Assembly: GCA_029907105.1 (NCBI GenBank) | Contig: JARYMM010000050.1 | Span: 1-26,355 of the forward strand | Direction: 5' to 3' | From: Anaerolineae bacterium | Lineage (GTDB): Bacteria > Chloroflexota > Anaerolineae > UBA3071 | DNA length: 26,355 nt | Shown here: in pieces, positions 6,959 to 13,002 of the stretch | How the letters are laid out: each line of letters begins with the position of its first letter | Position numbering within the stretch: position 1 is the first letter of the stretch | The notes under the pieces: model-generated | Told to the model about the DNA's origin: nothing | The model's input: the letters and a program-made list of their open reading frames with translations, nothing else | The model's database searches: none | Translations under genes and position numbers: made by a program

Positions 6959-9900
6959 TCACCGGGGGCGGCTCAATACCCAGATGTATTCGTAGCCTTC
7001 CACCAGCAACTCCTGGCCCGAAAAGGCAATCGGCTCCGGCACATTGGCGCTGGCGAACACCGTGTACACCCCTTCATCCAACTCCGCCGACCAGGTGTCG
7101 CCTGGCTTCAGGATGGCCGACTCGTCGCCGAAGGAAAGGGTCATCGGCCCCTGCAGGTTGTTGGTCACGCGCACGAGGGCCTTATCGCCAAGAGAGAGCG
7201 GCTCGATCTGAGGACGGGGCAGCATCCGTTCCCCGCCCTTTCCGGGCGTTGACGTCGGCTTCAGGGGGACTTCTTCCTGGCGCAGGGAAAGCTGATAGAC
7301 CTTGCGTTCATTGGGCAGGGCCAGCCACAGGTAGCCCTGTCGGTCAAAGGCCAGAATCGGGTAGTACGGGAAGGCTCCGATGCCCAGGCTGCCCTCTCGC
7401 AGCAGTTCACCGCTGAAGTTCAAACGGTACCAGGTGCCAAAGGTGTTCACCGCCCACAATCCATCGGGAGCCCAGGCCAGCGCCTCGGCACTGCCAAAGA
7501 TGGGCGCATGGAAGGTCTGCAGGGATGCGCCATCGGCGCTGAACCTCAGCAGGAACTCACCTCTATACTCCCACACCGCGCCATCGGCCGGATCCCGGGC
7601 TTGAACAGCGGTGATGCCCCGAGGCTGCGGAAAAGACTCCAACACCGTGCCCGTCGGGTCCAGCCGCACAACCCGGTTGCCCGGATAATCGCTCAACGTC
7701 AGAAGCAGCGTCGCACCGTCCCAGGCCAGACCCCGGATGGGGTTCGTGAAGGTGATCGGGAAAGAGGCCAGCGGCGTGCCAATGCGGTCCAGTTGATACA
7801 GCCGCTGCTGCTGCCCATCGGCCACCCAGAGGGTATCGCCGGCCACGGCCAGGGCGGCGGGATCGGGGCCGGGGGCGAAGAACTCGCTCACCACGGCTTC
7901 GGGGACGAAGATGAATCGGCTGGAAGGCAGGCCCACCGCGGTCGGCGAGGCAGCCGCTGCTGTGGGCACGGCTTCCGGCGTAGGAGTCGGCGTGGCTGGC
8001 TGAGGCGTGGGTTGGGGCGAGCGCGTAGGGGCAGCCGTTTCCGTGGAGGTCGGCAGCAACAGCCCCGCCAGGTCAATAGCCGGCGCGCCGGGAACCTGTA
8101 GGCGCAGCTCGTCGGCCTCTGAAGGAACCAGCCAGGCCAGAGTCAGCTCCGGCCACTGGCCATCGAAGGATGGGATATCTACGTCACCCTGATGAGAGAA
8201 GCTGACCCCTTCAGAGGTGCTCTTGACTTCGTACACCAGTTGCAGGCCGGGGGGCTTGAGGCGAGACATGATGATTTTGCCTTCCACCTGGCCGACGGCG
8301 TACTCTTCGGGCATAGGGGTCGCGCTGATCCGGATTCCGCTCGGAGCGTACACCTGTCCCCGGTTGTCCACTATGGAGATGTCTTCCAGGTTCAGAATGG
8401 CTCCCGCCGTCGGATTGTTGAGCCCCAGTTCTACGACCACGAAGACCCGGCCGATGCCTGCGATATGCTGGAGCGGCGGCTGTGCGCCGGATTGGCCGGG
8501 GCGTTTTTCTTCCAGGAAATACGCCCGCCGCGCCGAGGACACCCTGGCCTGCCAATCGCTGCCCGACGAACGAGCATGTGCCTCGGCCTTTGCCAGGGCC
8601 ACGTTCAGCCTGTATACCGCCAACTCCCCGGCGAGAGTGTCCCTGCCAATGGCCCAGAGATATCCATCGCCCCAGGCCAGGCCCTCGATCTGGTAGACCG
8701 GCGAAGGAAACGAGGCCAATTCCCTGCCCTGGGCGTCCAGCAGGGCGAGCACCGAGGGCGAAGGGAATTCGTGGTAGGCGACCCACAGACAGGAGCCATC
8801 CCACTCCAGGCCCAGGACGTTCTTGGGATAAGCGAAAGTGCTCAGAATACCCCCTGTGGCATCCAGGCGATACACATGGTACTGGTTCGCATACCACAGC
8901 GCCTGGCCGTCCCACGATAGATCGTTGGTGATGTCGCCACCGAACACCTGCGCCGGCGATTGGAAAGAGCTGAGCGTTTTCGGCTCCCGTCCCTCAAACC
9001 GGAAGCGGTAAATGAAGCCGTGGTTGGTTGTGAAAAGCCAGAAGCCGGTGCCGTCCCAGGTCAGACCTTGCGGCGTCACCTCGGGGGCCTGGAAGGCATC
9101 CAGGAGCGTGCCCGAGGGATCAACCTGGAAGAGGGTTCCCGAATTGTCGGCCAACCACAGGTGTGCCCCATCCCAGGCGATTCCCTCTGCCAGATGGCCG
9201 GGGGCTGCGAAGCGCTGCACGATGGAAATCCAGGCCACGGTAGGAGTTGGGGTGGCCGTTGGCCTGGCCATTGTTGTGGGTGTCATCGTCGGTGTGAAAC
9301 GTGAGAGGGGAGACGCAGCGATGATCTCTGCTGACGTTGGCGCGGGCGTGAGCAGGGACGCCATCTGACGGGTCAGGGTCGGTGGCACTGCTTCGGAACG
9401 AGGTCGTATCCCGAACCACCACAGGAGCACCAGCGCGGCGACGATCAAGAGCAGGGCAACGACAAGCGCTGGCCGCAGAGGCCGGGGCAGCAGGCGAGGC
9501 GCGGGAGGCGGCGTTGGGGGGCGTTCTGGCCCTGCAGGCGGCGTCGGCGGGCTTTCCGGCTGGCCCCCGGCCTGTAACACCGCCTCGACCGTCTCGGCAA
9601 GCCTCCCCAGGTGCTTCTCCAGGGGTGGGGTCAGCGCGTCCAGCCAGTGGATGGGCTTGATGTAATACCCCAGCTCCTTGGAGGGCTGCACATCTTCCAC
9701 ACGGAAGGGGATGACGGGGATGCCCCTGTCCACTGCCTCGCCCACTTCTCTGATCACCTGCCGTGACTTGTTGGCCCCGTCGGAGAAGACCAGGATGAAG
9801 ACGCGGCTTTTGTCAATCGCGTCAATGAGGGTGCTGGCCCAGGCTTCGCCGGGCAGCACATCCCGCGGGGCGATCCAGCAACGGATCTTCCTGTTTTCCA

Positions 9901-9970
9901 GGGTGGCACATACAGCGTCGGCGATCGCTTTATCTCGAGCCGAATAGCTGATGAACACGTCGTGTGCCAT
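6959..9970 (-). CDS. TIR domain - single TM - two extracytoplasmic beta-propeller-like repeat modules (membrane receptor-like TIR protein)
   Basis: 1003 aa. The N-terminal TIR_2-type domain reads HDVFISYSARD ... RCWIAPRD ... VFILVFSDGANKSRQVIREVGEA, and the conserved Glu is present. The TM helix is ALVVALLLIVAALVLLWWF (about aa 167-187, nt 9410-9472). Pro/Thr-rich linkers follow. Blade-like repeats carry G(L/I)(A/T)WDGxxLW (glutaminyl-cyclase-like propeller), once after the TM and again after a central Ig-like module (VFVVVELGLNNPTAG...IVDNRGQVY). Confidence 0.85.
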   Translation of the reverse strand: MAHDVFISYSARDKAIADAVCATLENRKIRCWIAPRDVLPGEAWASTLIDAIDKSRVFILVFSDGANKSRQVIREVGEAVDRGIPVIPFRVEDVQPSKELGYYIKPIHWLDALTPPLEKHLGRLAETVEAVLQAGGQPESPPTPPAGPERPPTPPPAPRLLPRPLRPALVVALLLIVAALVLLWWFGIRPRSEAVPPTLTRQMASLLTPAPTSAEIIAASPLSRFTPTMTPTTMARPTATPTPTVAWISIVQRFAAPGHLAEGIAWDGAHLWLADNSGTLFQVDPSGTLLDAFQAPEVTPQGLTWDGTGFWLFTTNHGFIYRFRFEGREPKTLSSFQSPAQVFGGDITNDLSWDGQALWYANQYHVYRLDATGGILSTFAYPKNVLGLEWDGSCLWVAYHEFPSPSVLALLDAQGRELASFPSPVYQIEGLAWGDGYLWAIGRDTLAGELAVYRLNVALAKAEAHARSSGSDWQARVSSARRAYFLEEKRPGQSGAQPPLQHIAGIGRVFVVVELGLNNPTAGAILNLEDISIVDNRGQVYAPSGIRISATPMPEEYAVGQVEGKIIMSRLKPPGLQLVYEVKSTSEGVSFSHQGDVDIPSFDGQWPELTLAWLVPSEADELRLQVPGAPAIDLAGLLLPTSTETAAPTRSPQPTPQPATPTPTPEAVPTAAAASPTAVGLPSSRFIFVPEAVVSEFFAPGPDPAALAVAGDTLWVADGQQQRLYQLDRIGTPLASFPITFTNPIRGLAWDGATLLLTLSDYPGNRVVRLDPTGTVLESFPQPRGITAVQARDPADGAVWEYRGEFLLRFSADGASLQTFHAPIFGSAEALAWAPDGLWAVNTFGTWYRLNFSGELLREGSLGIGAFPYYPILAFDRQGYLWLALPNERKVYQLSLRQEEVPLKPTSTPGKGGERMLPRPQIEPLSLGDKALVRVTNNLQGPMTLSFGDESAILKPGDTWSAELDEGVYTVFASANVPEPIAFSGQELLVEGYEYIWVLSRPR

Positions 9971-9983
9971 TGGGGATCATTTC

Positions 9984-12473
9984 CTATGCCTGCCGGCGGA
10001 TCTCCAACCCCACTTTGGCCAGGAACTCCGGTATCCGGCGCACCGTTTCTCGATCCCACTCCTTCACGTCGTCGGGGAGCGCCGACCAGGGCACCAGATA
10101 GGGGTTGGTTTTCCTGTACACGTCCCGCTTTTCACCCCGGGTCCAGCCGTCCAGCAGTCGCTCGGCCACCCAGCGCCCATGTTCCATCTCCGCCATGACC
10201 TCGACCTCGCTCTCCGTGAAGGTGATCGGCGAAACCTGGCCGCTGGCCACGCGGTGCACGGTGCAGCCGATCTGGCGCAGCTTCTCCGCCATGTGGTCGG
10301 CCTGTTGGCGGTTCGACTCCTTGAGGTTTTCCAGGAGGGCATTCCATTCGGCCAGCGAGGGGTCTTCGCTGGCCCGGCGGCCGGCCTGGAGCTGGCGGAA
10401 GGCCTCGTGAATGGCGCGGCCGAGGCTCTCGCGCAGCTCAGGCTCCAGCCTGGGGTTGCCCGAGCCGATGAAGGCGCGGACGGTCATGGCGTCGGCGGGC
10501 AAGCGCAGCAAGCGGCTGGAGGTATGCCAGTCCTCGTCGGCGAGCAGTTGGGCCACGGCGCGTCCGCTGCCCTCGATCACCGCCACGCGGGCCCCCAGGG
10601 CCAGCGCCAGCCGGTATTCGGCGGCGGCGATAGCGCCCCCGTTGATGCCCAGCAGCCTGACCTGCTCCGGTGAAATGCCGGAGGCGACGAGGTCAGTCCA
10701 GTATTGCAGCGCTTCCAGGGGGCTGAAATCGTGGCCGGTGGTGCGCCGGATCTCGCCGTAGCGCTCGTCCACGGTCACGCCCGCCGGGATCACCTGGGGG
10801 ATATAGCCGATAGTGCGGATGGCCGCAGGGTAGGCCTGCTGTACCTCGCCGGCCAGGCCGCTGATCCCGGCCATGGTGCCGCCGCAGATGAGCGTGCCCC
10901 GGAAGTCGCGGAAGCCTTCCCGCAGGAGCCGGCGGTAGGTTTGCATCTCCTGCTCCACGCTGGCATCGCAGCCGCCGCTCAGGATCACCACCGGGCCGGC
11001 CACCGCCGGGTGCCCGGGGGAAGCCAGCCGGCTCACCTGCTCCAGGACGGCAGGATGGGGAAACTTCACGCCCCATCCCAGCAGCAGCAGCCTGCGCGCC
11101 CATTCGTGTCCTGGCAGAGCCTCTTCGACGACGGAGAGCCTGTCCAGGGAGCGCAACGAGGTCTCGACCATCCACTCTTTTGTGCTGAGCCGGACCGCCC
11201 TGGCATAGGCGGTGAGGCTCTCGTAAGGCTTCCCCAGCAACAGGTAGAGCTTTCCCATGTCGTAGAAGGCCCAGGGCAGGTTCACGCCTACGTCGGCCTG
11301 GTCCCGGCAGCGCCGGATCGCCGCCTGGATGGCAGGGGTCAGCAGACGCACCACGGAAATATCTTTGCTCTCGACAATCTCGCATTCCAGATAGTTGCCA
11401 AAGGGATACGGGTCGGTGGGATCGAGTTCGAACGCCTGGCGGTAGTATTCTTTGGCCTTGCGGTCGTCAATCCCCTTCCACGTGCCGGCCAGGGAGGCCA
11501 GGGCGTCCGCATCTGTGCAGGGCGGCGCGCAGGCAGCCTCAAGGTAAGCCCGGCCTTGCCGGTATGGCGGGCTTTCCGGGTCCGCCCGATGCTGTTTGCA
11601 CAGGGCCACGCCGAGATCGCGCAGGATCGGCGGGTAGCCTGAAGGGACGTATGGACTGAGCACCTCTATGGCCTTCGGCCAGTCGCCCAGGGCGATGGCC
11701 AGCTTGCCGATACGGTGGGCCAGTTCGGCATTCTGTGGGTCGCAGGCCAGCACAGTCTCCAGCAAGGCCATCTCCTCCCGCATTTGCTCCTCGGACATAT
11801 AAGCGCCGTAGTTGGCGGCGTAGGTCTTGAGGCCGGCCTCGATGGCAGCGAAGGCATTGTCCACGCGCTCCAACATGGCGGCCAGGCCGGCGAACTCCCG
11901 TTGCCAGCGGGCCGGAACCGGAAACGGGCTTTTGTAGACCAGCCGGTGGTTGAAATCGGCCCAGGCATGCTCCAGGATCGTCCTGACCTGGATCTCGGCC
12001 TTCAGCCCGAGTACCTCTTGCGGGATCGCCACGTTTATATCCTTTGTCGGGAAGATGCCGGGCCTGAACTGGACGATGTAATGCACCGAGCGGTAGCCGA
12101 ATTCGGTGGGCTTCAGCCTTTGGGAGACGTCTATCGTGTTCGCCCGGTCCACGTCAAAATGCTGTTCGATGAAGGCGCAGATGGCCTTGACCTCCTCCGG
12201 CGTATGGGTGATGACACGTCCACCGCACAGGTCGGTGATCTGATTGACCGGGTCGCGGTACTTGGCCTTCTTACGCTGGATCTTCTCCGCAAAGCTGGCG
12301 ATGGACTTTGCCCGTGTCTGCACGATGGCTTCCGGTGCGTAGCGCCGGGCGGCTTGTTCGAGCACCTGGCGCAGGGTCTGGGCAAACGTCACATAGCGGG
12401 GCCGTGTGGCCCGGTATTTCTCGATCTGCTCGCAGGCCCATCGCAGATCCGCCTCTTGAGTTGAATCTGCCAA
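9984..12473 (-). CDS. RelA/SpoT-type nucleotide pyrophosphokinase (no HD hydrolase) - TPR-like region - SLOG/LOG-like Rossmann domain - RyR domain
   Basis: 829 aa.
- Synthetase motifs (nt about 11919-12356): TRAKSIASFAEKIQRK, DLCGGRVI, FGYRSVHYIV, EIQVRTILEHAWADFNH.
- Helical TPR-like repeats, aa about 235-470.
- SLOG-like motifs (nt about 10464-10997): VVILSGGCD, TLICGGTMAGISGLAG, LGINGGAIAAAEYRLALALGARVAVIEGSGR.
- C-terminal RyR-type repeat (nt about 9999-10436): AIHEAF...LKESNRQQADH...MAEMEHGRWVAERLLDGWTRGEKRD...NPYLVPWSALPDDVKEWDRETVRRIPEFL. Confidence 0.8.
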   Translation of the reverse strand: MADSTQEADLRWACEQIEKYRATRPRYVTFAQTLRQVLEQAARRYAPEAIVQTRAKSIASFAEKIQRKKAKYRDPVNQITDLCGGRVITHTPEEVKAICAFIEQHFDVDRANTIDVSQRLKPTEFGYRSVHYIVQFRPGIFPTKDINVAIPQEVLGLKAEIQVRTILEHAWADFNHRLVYKSPFPVPARWQREFAGLAAMLERVDNAFAAIEAGLKTYAANYGAYMSEEQMREEMALLETVLACDPQNAELAHRIGKLAIALGDWPKAIEVLSPYVPSGYPPILRDLGVALCKQHRADPESPPYRQGRAYLEAACAPPCTDADALASLAGTWKGIDDRKAKEYYRQAFELDPTDPYPFGNYLECEIVESKDISVVRLLTPAIQAAIRRCRDQADVGVNLPWAFYDMGKLYLLLGKPYESLTAYARAVRLSTKEWMVETSLRSLDRLSVVEEALPGHEWARRLLLLGWGVKFPHPAVLEQVSRLASPGHPAVAGPVVILSGGCDASVEQEMQTYRRLLREGFRDFRGTLICGGTMAGISGLAGEVQQAYPAAIRTIGYIPQVIPAGVTVDERYGEIRRTTGHDFSPLEALQYWTDLVASGISPEQVRLLGINGGAIAAAEYRLALALGARVAVIEGSGRAVAQLLADEDWHTSSRLLRLPADAMTVRAFIGSGNPRLEPELRESLGRAIHEAFRQLQAGRRASEDPSLAEWNALLENLKESNRQQADHMAEKLRQIGCTVHRVASGQVSPITFTESEVEVMAEMEHGRWVAERLLDGWTRGEKRDVYRKTNPYLVPWSALPDDVKEWDRETVRRIPEFLAKVGLEIRRQA

Positions 12474-12487
12474 GGCACACCTCCGTG

Positions 12488-12916
12488 CTAAGGCTGCCCA
12501 GGCTGCTGGCCGTAAGCCTGGGCGAAGGGCCGGAATTGCTCGACCAGGTCCATCCCCAGAAGGTCGTGAGGGGCGACCCAGGCGTAGTCCTCGTGTTCGC
12601 TGCTCAGGCGCACCTGGCCGGACTCCAGGCGGCCTTCCAGGATCAGATAGGCGACCTTACGCGTGGGCATCTCGGACTCCGCGGCCCCGGCCACCCGGTG
12701 CAGGGAGACCGTCAAACCTGTCTCCTCGGCCACCTCGCGCAGGAGCGCGGCGTCGAAATCCTCCCCAGCCTCCACCTTGCCGCCGGGGAACTCCCACTTG
12801 CCGGGATTGCCCTTCGAACTCGCCGACCGCCGCAGCAGCAGGCAGCGGTCGGCCTCATCGCGGATCACGACTTTGATAGACAGCGCAAACGGTTTGTCAG
12901 ACATGTAGCATTCCAT
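12488..12916 (-). CDS. Nudix (MutT-like) hydrolase
   Basis: 142 aa with a complete Nudix box, GGKVEAGEDFDAALLREVAEETGL (GX5EX7REUXEEXGU). An alternative ATG lies at 12904. Only 14 nt separate it from the downstream RelA/SpoT-SLOG-RyR gene. Confidence 0.9.
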   Translation of the reverse strand: MECYMSDKPFALSIKVVIRDEADRCLLLRRSASSKGNPGKWEFPGGKVEAGEDFDAALLREVAEETGLTVSLHRVAGAAESEMPTRKVAYLILEGRLESGQVRLSSEHEDYAWVAPHDLLGMDLVEQFRPFAQAYGQQPGQP

Positions 12917-12955
12917 GTAGTGAATTTGCCTTCTTTAGCGCTCCCGAATGCCTGC

Positions 12956-13002
12956 CCCTCACCCCTGTCCCTCTCCCATTGGGAGAGGGACAGGGGTGAG
13001 GG
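12956..13002. repeat. 47-nt near-perfect palindrome (23-nt arms) spanning the stop codon of the TIR-WD40 gene
   Basis: ccctcacccctgtccctctccca (12956-12978), then t, then tgggagagggacaggggtgaggg (12980-13002). The TGA stop (12959-12961) and the last roughly 14 codons (..PVPLPMGEGQG*) are encoded by the palindrome. It sits 40 nt upstream of the Nudix start. Confidence 0.85.
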
